63,180 bases of DNA from Patescibacteria group bacterium. Its GTDB lineage: Bacteria > Patescibacteriota > Microgenomatia > Levybacterales > UBA12049. Made by a program: the position numbers and the translations under genes. The notes beneath the pieces are model-generated. The model was not told the DNA's origin. It did no database searches and saw only the letters and a list, made by a program, of their open reading frames with translations. This document shows, one piece after another, positions 1-8,785 of this stretch (its first letter is position 1; the number at the start of each line of letters is the position of its first letter). The DNA lies in the NCBI GenBank assembly GCA_035646815.1, contig DASRON010000014.1, forward strand, positions 1 through 63,180, read 5' to 3'.

Positions 1-2
1 TT

Positions 3-380
3 TTATTCTTTTTAGCAAAAAAATTAATAGGAAGAACTTCTTTAGGTGATGAAATAGATTTTAAAATTGATGGTTTAAAGTTATTCTTAAAGTCAATGGA
101 TAGAAATTATAAATGGCAAGCAGAAAGATTTTATATTGTTGAACAAATGATTCCTTATGCAATGGCGCTTGGATATATTGAAAGATTTATGGAACAGTTA
201 AAAATAATTAAGCCTGATTATAATCCAACTTGGTATCATGGCTACTCAGGTGGATTTTATGTAGGTTATTCAGGGTTTTATTCTTCAATGACAACTAATA
301 TGACAAGTTCTTCTTCAAGTGGTGCATCAAGTGGATTCTCTGGAGGAGGTGGAGGAGGTGGAGGAGGCGGAAGCTGGTAG
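3..380 (+). CDS. C-terminal fragment of a DUF2207-like membrane protein (5' end outside window)
   Basis: Frame 3 is open from base 3 (LFFLAKKLIGRTSLGDEIDF...) into listed ORF 96..380. It ends in the Ser/Gly tail SGFSGGGGGGGGGGSW that I associate with this family. Confidence 0.55.
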   Translation, partial: LFFLAKKLIGRTSLGDEIDFKIDGLKLFLKSMDRNYKWQAERFYIVEQMIPYAMALGYIERFMEQLKIIKPDYNPTWYHGYSGGFYVGYSGFYSSMTTNMTSSSSSGASSGFSGGGGGGGGGGSW

Positions 381-385
381 CTAAA

Positions 386-1054
386 TTATTGATTTAAAGC
401 TTCTTCGCAAGCAGCTTTGGATTCTGCATCTGGTAACTTATCACAAGGAGATCCCTCTATTTTATTAATTGCATCTGTTTCAGAAGGAGTAGTTTTTGGC
501 ATCATTAAGTCTGTCAAGTCAGAAAACTTTATATTTGAAGGAGGGGTAAACTTTGAATTATCAACTGTCCAGTTAGAGCACTTATAATCTACTTCTTTAT
601 TTAAATCCATTGTTTGATTTTTTACAGTTGAGTTCTCCTTACTATTTGACGCAGAAGTTTCTTCTGTGCCCAAATCAGCTTTCATTTTTATTCCCTGATC
701 CATTTCAGAAGACCATATGTATGAAAATTCTTCATCTTGAATAAAATGACTCTTAACTGTCTTTCCTTCTACTTGGCTTGTAAAGTCTCCTCTCATTTTT
801 TTACCTGCAACATAAACAGTTCCCGTGCCATTGTTTTCAGCACTGTTTATCGCACATTTAACATTTTTCCCAGCACCAAAAAGATTCTTAATTGTTCCTT
901 TGACCATTTCTCCTGCAGTTTGATTGCTTTTGTCCATAGAATTTGTTTTATTTTCAGAGGTGTTTGAAGATTTTCCAAGGTTTAGATATAAAGCACTACC
1001 AAGGAGAGCAAGAATAATGATTACTACTATGATTAGACCTTTACTCTTAAACAT
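386..1054 (-). CDS. hypothetical secreted or membrane-anchored protein
   Basis: 222-aa ORF with an N-terminal hydrophobic anchor (LIIVVIIILALLGSALYL), then a Ser/Asn/Thr-rich linker and a Cys-containing domain. No recognised family. Confidence 0.65.
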   Translation of the reverse strand: MFKSKGLIIVVIIILALLGSALYLNLGKSSNTSENKTNSMDKSNQTAGEMVKGTIKNLFGAGKNVKCAINSAENNGTGTVYVAGKKMRGDFTSQVEGKTVKSHFIQDEEFSYIWSSEMDQGIKMKADLGTEETSASNSKENSTVKNQTMDLNKEVDYKCSNWTVDNSKFTPPSNIKFSDLTDLMMPKTTPSETDAINKIEGSPCDKLPDAESKAACEEALNQ

Positions 1055-1144
1055 CTAGTTTAAAAAGTATAGACATTTTTTTTTAAATAGTCAATAGACG
1101 TGAGTAAAAATAATTATTATTGACAGGTAATATATAATATATAT

Positions 1145-1426
1145 ATGTCGAAAAAAGTTTTTACAAAAGAAAAAGCAAAAGAAATAGGAGAAAAGCTAGG
1201 AGTTGATTGGAGTTTGTTTGATGTTGAGCAATTTAGGCGTGGAATGGATGTAGAACTTGAGCATGGAACAGTAGATTCAAATACAAATGTTACAAATGAT
1301 GACCCTCTAATGACTGGAAAAATTGCCCTTGCACATTTAAACGAAATTCGAGACTATTATACACGTTTAGATAAAATGGAAGAAGAAGGAGAAGCTTTTT
1401 GGGATAAACAAAAAAAGATAACTTAA
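1145..1426 (+). CDS. small conserved hypothetical protein (DUF5661-like motif)
   Basis: 93 aa carrying ELEHG...TNVTNDD...IALAHLNEIRDYYTRLDKME. I recall this motif from a small phage/CPR-associated family, from memory only. Confidence 0.5.
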   Translation: MSKKVFTKEKAKEIGEKLGVDWSLFDVEQFRRGMDVELEHGTVDSNTNVTNDDPLMTGKIALAHLNEIRDYYTRLDKMEEEGEAFWDKQKKIT

Positions 1427-1515
1427 CTTCCAAATCTCCCTTTTTAATATTATTGAGAATGCCTTGATAATAAGATAGACTTGTAGTAGGTATACCAAGT
1501 GTATATAATATTTTT

Positions 1516-3636
1516 ATGGCTAAAAAAAGAGCATATCGCAAACGTAGACCAGGGTTAAAATTAAAGTTAAAAAAAAATACGGTTTATTCTCTTTTTTCTT
1601 TTGGTTTAATTTTAGCTGGACTTATTTGCTATTTATCTTTTACTAGAAATGGAAGCTCATTTATAATTTTAAATGACACCTTAATTTCATATTTTGGATT
1701 TTCTGCATATCTTTTTCCGCTTTCTCTAATCCTTCTAGGGTTTTTCTTTCTAAGACTTAAAATGTTTATCTCAAAACCTAATGTTGCACTAGGGTTTATT
1801 CTCTTTTTTCTTTCTACTGACGCTATCTTAAGAGGAGGGATTATTGGTCTTTATCTTTTTCAGGTAATTGCTGAAATATTAACTTCAATCGGTGCTTATC
1901 TTGTTTACTTATTTGGAGTATTAGTTGGTCTAATTGTACTTTTTGATACATCTATTGATCAATTAATAAATGGAATAAGTTATACACTTACCAATATAAA
2001 AAGATTACTTCCAAGTATGCTTATGAATTATTTTAAAAAAGATAAAATGGCAACACTTAAAAATAAGCAGATGACAATTAGAGGAATGGATAAAAACTTT
2101 CCAGCAATTCAAAATATCAAAGATCCCGCAAGTACTTTGATTAAAAAAGATTCTCCTCTTATTGCAGATAAGCTTGTAGCAAATACTTTAGGGAAAAACG
2201 TTTTATGGGAATATCCTTCGCTTAGTCTCTTATCTGATGCTTCTGCTCAAAAAGCAGAAAGAGGAGATATAAAAAAAACAGCAAGTGTTATCGAAAGAAC
2301 ATTGCAGAGTTTTGGAATAGGTGCAAAAGTTGTAGAAGTTAATTTAGGCCCTGCAGTTACGCAGTTTGCAATGGAGATTGCTTTGGGAACAAAAGTTTCC
2401 AAAATTACTTCTCTTGCTAATGATTTGGCTTTGGCAACAGAAGCACCGACTGGTCAAATCAGAATTGAAGCACCAATTCCGGGAAGAAATTTAGTTGGAA
2501 TTGAAATTCCAAATAGAGGACTTGAAGTCGTTCCTTTAAAGACTATGCTTGCATCAGATATTATGAGAAAAAATAAGTCTAAACTAACGGTTTCTCTTGG
2601 GCTTGATGTATCAGGAGAGCCTTTGATTGCGGATATTGCTAAAATGCCTCATGTTTTGATTGCCGGAACTACGGGGTCTGGAAAATCGGTAATGATGAAT
2701 ACTTTTATATCTTCACTTTTGTTTAGAGCATCTCCTGACGAATTAAAACTTATCTTAATTGATCCTAAAAGAGTTGAACTTACAGGATATAACGGAATTC
2801 CTCACCTGATGACGCCGGTAATTGTTGAAGTGGAAAAGATTTTAGCAGCACTTAACTGGGCGATTGCTGAGATGGATAGAAGATATAAAACGTTTGCTGA
2901 CAGTGGAGTAAAAAATATCGATTCATATAACGAGCTTTCTGGTTTTCAAGCACTCCCATATATAGTTATCTTTATTGATGAACTTGCAGATCTTATGTCT
3001 TTTGCACCAGTTGCAGTTGAAGACGCTATTGCAAGACTTGCACAAATGGCAAGAGCAACAGGTATTCATTTGGTTGTTGCAACACAAAGACCATCTGTCG
3101 ATGTTATAACGGGTCTTATTAAGGCAAATATTCCCTGTAGGATTGCGTTTAATGTTTCATCGATGATTGATTCAAGAGTAATTTTGGATACACCTGGTGC
3201 AGAAAAACTATTAGGAAGAGGAGATATGTTATACACTCCACCAGACCAGGCAAAACCTACTCGTATTCAGGGAGCTTTTATTTCCGAAAAAGAAGTAAGA
3301 AAATTAGTTGATAATCTAAAGGCAAAGAATTTCCCTGTGGAATACACAGAAGATGTTACTTCTCAACCAATTATGCTTAAGAGAGGGCTGCCTTCCACGG
3401 GAGCTGATGGAAGAGATGCTCTTTTTGAAGAAGCAATTAGAATTATTTGTGAATATGATAAAGCTTCTGCTTCACTTCTTCAAAGAAGACTTTCTATTGG
3501 TTATTCAAGGGCAGCTAGAATATTAGATCAATTAGAAGCAGAAGGTGTTGTTGGAAGAGCAGAAGGTTCCAAGCCAAGAGATGTACTAGTTAAAAACGTA
3601 GATGAATTTTTAGCTAGCACTGCAGAACAGGCTTAA
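1516..3636 (+). CDS. ftsK: DNA translocase FtsK/SpoIIIE
   Basis: 706 aa with N-terminal TM helices, Walker A GTTGSGKS, DELADL Walker B, and a C-terminal winged-helix gamma domain (LLQRRLSIGYSRAARILDQLE). Confidence 0.95.
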   Translation: MAKKRAYRKRRPGLKLKLKKNTVYSLFSFGLILAGLICYLSFTRNGSSFIILNDTLISYFGFSAYLFPLSLILLGFFFLRLKMFISKPNVALGFILFFLSTDAILRGGIIGLYLFQVIAEILTSIGAYLVYLFGVLVGLIVLFDTSIDQLINGISYTLTNIKRLLPSMLMNYFKKDKMATLKNKQMTIRGMDKNFPAIQNIKDPASTLIKKDSPLIADKLVANTLGKNVLWEYPSLSLLSDASAQKAERGDIKKTASVIERTLQSFGIGAKVVEVNLGPAVTQFAMEIALGTKVSKITSLANDLALATEAPTGQIRIEAPIPGRNLVGIEIPNRGLEVVPLKTMLASDIMRKNKSKLTVSLGLDVSGEPLIADIAKMPHVLIAGTTGSGKSVMMNTFISSLLFRASPDELKLILIDPKRVELTGYNGIPHLMTPVIVEVEKILAALNWAIAEMDRRYKTFADSGVKNIDSYNELSGFQALPYIVIFIDELADLMSFAPVAVEDAIARLAQMARATGIHLVVATQRPSVDVITGLIKANIPCRIAFNVSSMIDSRVILDTPGAEKLLGRGDMLYTPPDQAKPTRIQGAFISEKEVRKLVDNLKAKNFPVEYTEDVTSQPIMLKRGLPSTGADGRDALFEEAIRIICEYDKASASLLQRRLSIGYSRAARILDQLEAEGVVGRAEGSKPRDVLVKNVDEFLASTAEQA

Positions 3637-3637
3637 A

Positions 3638-4270
3638 ATGATTAAAGCAGGACAAAGGCTTCAGGATATAAGACTTGAAAAAGGATTAAGTCTTGAAGAG
3701 GTTGCACAGAAGACTAAAATTAGGGCAAATTTTCTAGCCGCAATAGAAAAAGGAGATTATTCAAAACTTCCTTCAGTTGCTTATGCTCAGGGATTTGTTA
3801 GAAATTATGCAAGCTTTTTAAAACTTCCCGAAAAAGAAATACTTGCTTTATTTAGAAGAGAATTTGATGAAAAAAAACATTACCATGTATTACCACATGG
3901 TTTTACAAAAAATAAAGAATATTCCCCTTCTAAAATAAGGATTAGGCAATCAGCTATCTTAATATTTTTAATATTTGCGATAGTATTAGGATTTATAGGT
4001 TATCAATACAGATCTGCTTTTTTTGGTCCTTCGGTTTATATAATAAATCCTGAAGATAATGCAGTTGTTAATTCAAAAAGAGTAACTATTTTAGGAAAGA
4101 CTGATCCTAATGCAACAGTAATGGTTGAGGAATTTTCTGTTTCAGTTGATACTAATGGAGAATTTAAGAAGGTAATAAATGTTTTTCCTGGAAAAACAAC
4201 GATTGTAATAAAAGTAACAAATAAGTTTGGAAGAGAAACTGTTGTAAGAAAAATAATTCAAGCAAAATAA
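3638..4270 (+). CDS. rodZ: RodZ-like HTH membrane protein
   Basis: N-terminal Xre-type HTH (LEKGLSLEEVAQKTKIRANFLAAIEKGDYSKLP), one TM helix, and a C-terminal beta-rich domain. The start is 2 nt after the ftsK stop. Confidence 0.7.
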   Translation: MIKAGQRLQDIRLEKGLSLEEVAQKTKIRANFLAAIEKGDYSKLPSVAYAQGFVRNYASFLKLPEKEILALFRREFDEKKHYHVLPHGFTKNKEYSPSKIRIRQSAILIFLIFAIVLGFIGYQYRSAFFGPSVYIINPEDNAVVNSKRVTILGKTDPNATVMVEEFSVSVDTNGEFKKVINVFPGKTTIVIKVTNKFGRETVVRKIIQAK

Positions 4271-4275
4271 AACCC

Positions 4276-4304
4276 TTGACATAAATTCCTATTTAAGCTA
4301 AGTT
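4276..4304 (+). promoter_or_regulatory. sigma70-like promoter, probably giving a leaderless transcript
   Basis: TTGACA (4276-4281), 17-nt spacer, TAAGTT (4299-4304), then 6 nt to the ATG at 4311. No Shine-Dalgarno. Confidence 0.5.
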
Positions 4305-4310
4305 AGTTAT

Positions 4311-4571
4311 ATGATAGATCCTGCTCAAATTGCACTATTTTTAGTAATTTTAATTTTAACAGTTCTTCTAATAATATTAGGAGTACAGGTCTTCTATATT
4401 CTTCGAGAATTAAGGCAAACATTAAGAAAAGCAAATAAAGTCCTTGATGATACAGGGGAAATTACAGAAAGTGTTTCAGGACCAATTTCATCTCTTTCGA
4501 CTCTTGTTACAGGACTTAAAACAGGAGCAACTATTGCTAAATATTTTAAGAAAAAAGAGAATTCAAAATAA
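4311..4571 (+). CDS. DUF948-like small membrane protein (YtxG-like)
   Basis: 86 aa with an N-terminal TM helix followed by a helical region. It sits beside a YtxH-like gene, as in the Firmicute ytxG-ytxH pair. Confidence 0.6.
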   Translation: MIDPAQIALFLVILILTVLLIILGVQVFYILRELRQTLRKANKVLDDTGEITESVSGPISSLSTLVTGLKTGATIAKYFKKKENSK

Positions 4572-4578
4572 CTGCCTT

Positions 4579-4935
4579 ATGCAAAACAATGGTTCCCGTC
4601 ATCATGAAAGTAAGTTTTTTAACGGCTTTTTATTAGGATTAATAGTAGGAGGAGCTATTGTATTTCTTCTTGCAACAAAAAAAGGTAAAAAAATCTTAAA
4701 GCTAATCTCAGAAGAAGGCTTAGATAATCTCTCAAATATACTTGAAAAATATGAAGAGAAGGACGAAGAAAAAACAAAAAGCAAAGAAAAAGTAAAAATC
4801 GCAAAAATTTTAGATCAAAAAGATCAAGGAGATGAAATAGAGGAGACAGAAGAGTTTGAAGAAGAAGTTAGTAAAGAAGAGGAAGAAGAGAAAAAACCTA
4901 GAAAAGCCCGCAGGTTCTTCAAGCGAAGTAAGTAG
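4579..4935 (+). CDS. YtxH-like protein with an acidic tail
   Basis: In-frame ATG at 4579 inside listed ORF 4444..4935. FFNGFLLGLIVGGAIVFLLATKKGKK is YtxH-like. The upstream 45 codons overlap the DUF948 gene and are rejected. Confidence 0.65.
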   Translation: MQNNGSRHHESKFFNGFLLGLIVGGAIVFLLATKKGKKILKLISEEGLDNLSNILEKYEEKDEEKTKSKEKVKIAKILDQKDQGDEIEETEEFEEEVSKEEEEEKKPRKARRFFKRSK

Positions 4936-4940
4936 TAATA

Positions 4941-5666
4941 ATGATAAGTTACTTTAAGAAAGAATATAACATAGACAAGATAGGAGATATCTTATGGTCG
5001 CACGCAGTAAATAGCAGAGAAAAACTTTCAAGATATATTAATAATCCTCTAGCCATGATTTTGGAGTCTGACATTAGAATATTCCCAGAAGGAGAAATCA
5101 TATGCGCTCATCCTCCTCAGACAGATAGTGATTTAACAGCAGAAGAGTTAATTAGAAAGCTTAAAAGCTCAAGGCAAGGATTAAAACTTGATTTAAAAGA
5201 TCCGGAAGTAGTTATACCAATATTAAAAATTCTAGATGAAATAAAACTATCTCAACCAGTAATAATTAACGGTGATATTTTACAAGGGAACGGAGCTTCT
5301 TCTTCTAAATTTAATCCAAAAGACTTTATTGCGCTTTGTAGAAAATTTTACCCAGATGGAATTTTATCATTGGGGTGGACAACAGTTTCTGATCCTAATC
5401 TTCCTTATACTTTTGATAATGTTTCAGAAATGCTTAAACTTTGTAATGGGCTAAGTCAGGTAATATTTTCAATTCGTGCATGCTTACTTCCTGCAAGTTG
5501 GCAGGCATTAAAACCACTTATGGAAAAGAAAGATTTTACTTTAAGTATTTGGAATAACGAACCTATTGATACAGAACTTAAAAATTGGATAAAAAACAAT
5601 ACAGATTCTAAGAGAACTTTTTACGATTTTATAAATGAAGATAAGGATCCATTAAGACTTTGGTAA
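4941..5666 (+). CDS. FAM151/menorin-like (DUF2181) phosphodiesterase-fold protein
   Basis: 241 aa carrying WSHAVNS...L, ESDIRI, ICAHPPQTDSDLTAEELI and QGLKLDLKDPEVV. These match my recollection of the DUF2181 signature (W.HAVNS, EaDv, AHPP, GiKLDfK). Confidence 0.5.
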   Translation: MISYFKKEYNIDKIGDILWSHAVNSREKLSRYINNPLAMILESDIRIFPEGEIICAHPPQTDSDLTAEELIRKLKSSRQGLKLDLKDPEVVIPILKILDEIKLSQPVIINGDILQGNGASSSKFNPKDFIALCRKFYPDGILSLGWTTVSDPNLPYTFDNVSEMLKLCNGLSQVIFSIRACLLPASWQALKPLMEKKDFTLSIWNNEPIDTELKNWIKNNTDSKRTFYDFINEDKDPLRLW

Positions 5667-5686
5667 ATCTATTTTAAAAGATTAAT

Positions 5687-6646
5687 TTATAATCCATAGT
5701 TTCTAATATTTGCATTGTGTTCCTCAATTGTTTTTGCATAGCGATTTATTCCGTTTACATCTGAGATGTAGAATAGGTAATCGGTTTTGGAAGGATTAAG
5801 CGCTGCTTTAAGACTGGCAATACCAGGATTTGAGATAGGAGCAGGTGGAAGACCTGGATTATTGTAAGTATTATAAGGAGAGTTAATTTGCTTATCTGCA
5901 TTTGTTAAAGATTTCTTCCACCATCTTTTTTCATTAGGTTGGTATCCAAGCATATATTGAAGAGTAGCGTCAATATCAAGTTTCATACCAATATTAAGTC
6001 TATTATAAATTACGCTTGCGACTAATGATCTATCTTTATCCATTTTTGCTTCACGTTCAACAAGAGAGGCAAGGATTACAGTTTGAACATCTGTTAAGTT
6101 AGTTGTTTTTTCATTTATAACACTATTAAATTTATTATCAAAATTATTTTTCATGATAGAAATAATGAGGTCAATGTCAACATCTTTTGGAAAAAGATAA
6201 GTATCTGGGAATAGATAGCCTTCATTTTCGCTAAGCTTATTAATCCAAGTGTTGTCATAAGTAGGAAGTTTTTCTTTAAGAATTGCTGCAACTTCTTCTG
6301 CTCTTTTTCCCTCAGGTATCGTTACCCAAACGTCTAATGTTCCATGAGTAAGGTTTTCAGCAATTTCTTTTGCTGACATAGAAGGACTTAATCTAAAGTC
6401 TCCAGCTTCAATTTTTTTGTCATAACCATATCTTTTGGTGACGATAAAAAAAACAATGGAGTCCTTAATCAGTCCCTCAGTCTTAAGATTAGAAGAAATT
6501 TCTCGAACACCTTGTCCTTTTTCAATTACAAATATTTTTTGACTTTTGTCTTGTAGATTAACAGGGAGATTATTATTTTTCCACCAAAGTATAGCTGTAA
6601 GAGAAATTACTATTATTAACGCTAATGCTATAACTATTCTTTTCAT
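5687..6646 (-). CDS. mltG: endolytic murein transglycosylase MltG (YceG family)
   Basis: 319 aa with an N-terminal TM helix, EGYLFPDTY and ILASLVEREA motifs, and C-terminal PGLPP.PI.NPG. Confidence 0.9.
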   Translation of the reverse strand: MKRIVIALALIIVISLTAILWWKNNNLPVNLQDKSQKIFVIEKGQGVREISSNLKTEGLIKDSIVFFIVTKRYGYDKKIEAGDFRLSPSMSAKEIAENLTHGTLDVWVTIPEGKRAEEVAAILKEKLPTYDNTWINKLSENEGYLFPDTYLFPKDVDIDLIISIMKNNFDNKFNSVINEKTTNLTDVQTVILASLVEREAKMDKDRSLVASVIYNRLNIGMKLDIDATLQYMLGYQPNEKRWWKKSLTNADKQINSPYNTYNNPGLPPAPISNPGIASLKAALNPSKTDYLFYISDVNGINRYAKTIEEHNANIRNYGL

Positions 6647-7917
6647 TCCAAATTAGTGATCGGAAGGTTTTTGATTGTGTCTTTTCCTTCTTTTAGATTA
6701 TACACGCTTTGACTATATAAAGTACATATAGTCTCTCCTTTTTTAGCTTTTTCGTTAAGCTTTTTATTTAGATAAATCCCAGCCGCTTTTTCAGTAGGCG
6801 CTCCAAGAATTTTTGCAACACTTGTAATATTTTTGATATTAAATTCTTTAACGATTCCGCTTCTTACAGCGCTAACTTTATATGTATATTTTCCAGGTTT
6901 AAGTTTTTCACTATCAATATTTGGATTTCCACCTTGTGCTTTTACAATCTCTTGAAATTTTTTAAAAGCTTTTCCTGTTTTAAGGATTGAAGTCGCCCAG
7001 CCAAATGCATTTCCATAATGTGTTTTAACACCTTCTCTTAATTTCTTAGAAGAGTCTTTTAAGCATAATTCTAAAAGTGTTCCTGCAATATTTAAACTTC
7101 TTATTTCTAAATCAACTGGTTTATTTTTCTTTTGTTGTAAAACTCTTAAAGCTTCTTGAATTTCTAAAATAGGACCTATTCCTCTGCCTGCAGGTTCTTC
7201 TGTTTTATGAATCATTACTTTGATTTTTATTTTAAATTCTTTTGCTAAGAATATAAACTTATCTTTAATAATCTCAGCATCATGTAAAGTATGTACCTTA
7301 ACTGTTTTTCCATATGGAAGGTCAATAACTACATGGGTTGCGCCAAAAGCTATTTTTTTAGCCATAATTGATACTAAAACTTTATCGTAACTTTCAAACA
7401 AAAGTGGTTTCTCAACTTGAATTAGAATATCATCTGCAGGAGCAAGGTTAAAGCTTCCTCCCCAAACGATACAACCGTTGGTTTTTCTGACAACTTCATA
7501 TATCTTTTTTTTGTTAAGAATAACTGGAGCAAGTACTTCCATGTCATCCGCAGTTCCATCTGGTGAAGTAATTGCTCTTGAAGAGCTTTTAGGTATTTTA
7601 AAACCTGCTGCTGCAATAATTGCAACAATAATTGGTGTAGTTCTTGTTCCCGGAATGCCTCCTATAGAGTGTTTATCTGCAACAATTCCATTAAAGTGTA
7701 ATTTCTCTCCAGTCTCAACCATTGCTTTTGTTAGATAGAAAAGTTCTCTATCTGTAAAGCCTTTAGAATAACCAGATGCTGCAAAATAGGTAGTTAAAAT
7801 ATCGCCAAGTTCTTCTTTTGAAATTTGATTCATGATGGCAAATATTTCTTTGTAGCTAAGTCTTTTTCCGACTAATTTTTTTTGAATTGCACTTAAAGCT
7901 AAGATTTTTTCATCCAT
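6643..7917 (-). CDS. deoA: AMP/pyrimidine-nucleoside phosphorylase family protein (archaeal-type DeoA-like)
   Basis: ADKHSIGGIPGTRTT motif and glycosyltransferase family 3 architecture. I chose the ATG at 7917 (MDEKILAL...). The 35 upstream codons of the listed ORF look non-coding. 4-nt overlap with mltG. Confidence 0.8.
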   Translation of the reverse strand: MDEKILALSAIQKKLVGKRLSYKEIFAIMNQISKEELGDILTTYFAASGYSKGFTDRELFYLTKAMVETGEKLHFNGIVADKHSIGGIPGTRTTPIIVAIIAAAGFKIPKSSSRAITSPDGTADDMEVLAPVILNKKKIYEVVRKTNGCIVWGGSFNLAPADDILIQVEKPLLFESYDKVLVSIMAKKIAFGATHVVIDLPYGKTVKVHTLHDAEIIKDKFIFLAKEFKIKIKVMIHKTEEPAGRGIGPILEIQEALRVLQQKKNKPVDLEIRSLNIAGTLLELCLKDSSKKLREGVKTHYGNAFGWATSILKTGKAFKKFQEIVKAQGGNPNIDSEKLKPGKYTYKVSAVRSGIVKEFNIKNITSVAKILGAPTEKAAGIYLNKKLNEKAKKGETICTLYSQSVYNLKEGKDTIKNLPITNLE

Positions 7918-8062
7918 AATTATCTTCCTTTTAATTGGTCTATTGCTAAAGAAATAATACTTTTTAAAAAGTGTAAAAGAGCATAAATAAGAGTATTTAT
8001 TGTTCTGTAAACAGTTGGCCAAATTTGTATTAAGAATTTTTTAAAATTTTTTTCATTCATAA

Positions 8063-8785
8063 TTAAACTTTATCAAGTTTTGCCTTTATTACAAGTCTTT
8101 TCCAGGTAGTTCCTGGAGGAGTGCATGTTACAAGTGTAAGATATGAATCATCAAATCTTTGTTCAAACATAGAGATATCTGAAGTATCCACAACTGAAAT
8201 ATTGTATATTTTATAGATAAAGGTAAGTTTTGAAACCTCTACTTGTATTTCGTCTCCAACTCGAAGTTCATGAAGAGTTGCAAAAATAGTTTTGTAATCT
8301 TTGGGATTAAACCATTGAGGAAGAGTTGAATGTCCAAAAATCACAGCTGTCCCTTTTTGCGGAGGAATTGCAGTTCCTCCATAATTTACTAAATGGGCGG
8401 AAAGATTAGTATCAATTGTTGAAACAACAGCATCTTTAATTTCTAATTTTTGAATATTTAAAGCATAAGCTTGGATATCTTGATGTTGTTTTTGAAATTT
8501 TATATTCGGAAACCAGTTTTCGGCATTCGTGTAATCTGTTTGAGAAAAAACATTTGATGCTTGACTAATAAAACTGGTAATAAGTGAGCTGTTTAAGACA
8601 GTTGTTTTAGGAATTGGTGTTGCTAACTCTTGACTGGTAAAGGCATTTGCAAAATATACTTGCCAGGATATTAAAGGAAAGAAAATGTAGATTACAATAA
8701 ATCCACCAACGGTAATCATGAGAAAGCTTATTAATCTTGATGTTTTTTTAAAATTTAAGGAAGATTTTTTATAATATTTAGCCAT
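8063..8785 (-). CDS. sortase family transpeptidase
   Basis: 240 aa with an N-terminal TM helix, catalytic His context VIFGHS, TLVTCTP Cys motif, and a conserved Arg near the C-terminus. Confidence 0.8.
   Translation of the reverse strand: MAKYYKKSSLNFKKTSRLISFLMITVGGFIVIYIFFPLISWQVYFANAFTSQELATPIPKTTVLNSSLITSFISQASNVFSQTDYTNAENWFPNIKFQKQHQDIQAYALNIQKLEIKDAVVSTIDTNLSAHLVNYGGTAIPPQKGTAVIFGHSTLPQWFNPKDYKTIFATLHELRVGDEIQVEVSKLTFIYKIYNISVVDTSDISMFEQRFDDSYLTLVTCTPPGTTWKRLVIKAKLDKV

Noticed and set aside
349-371. 23-nt perfect inverted match between 349-371 (GTGGAGGAGGTGGAGGAGGCGGA) and 63055-63077 near the two window ends.
   Set aside because: One copy encodes a poly-Gly tail (GGN codons) and the other a poly-Pro run (CCN codons) on the same strand. 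This is a low-complexity coincidence and not terminal inverted repeats. No transposase or other mobile hallmark is associated.
4444-4578. N-terminal 45 codons of listed ORF 4444..4935.
   Set aside because: They overlap the DUF948-like gene in another frame and translate to low-complexity Leu/Gln sequence. The YtxH-like domain begins at the in-frame ATG at 4579.
7918-8022. N-terminal 35 codons of listed ORF 6643..8022.
   Set aside because: The translation (MANCLQNNKYSYLCSFTLFKKYYFF...) looks like AT-rich spacer. The phosphorylase homology starts at MDEKILAL (ATG at 7917).
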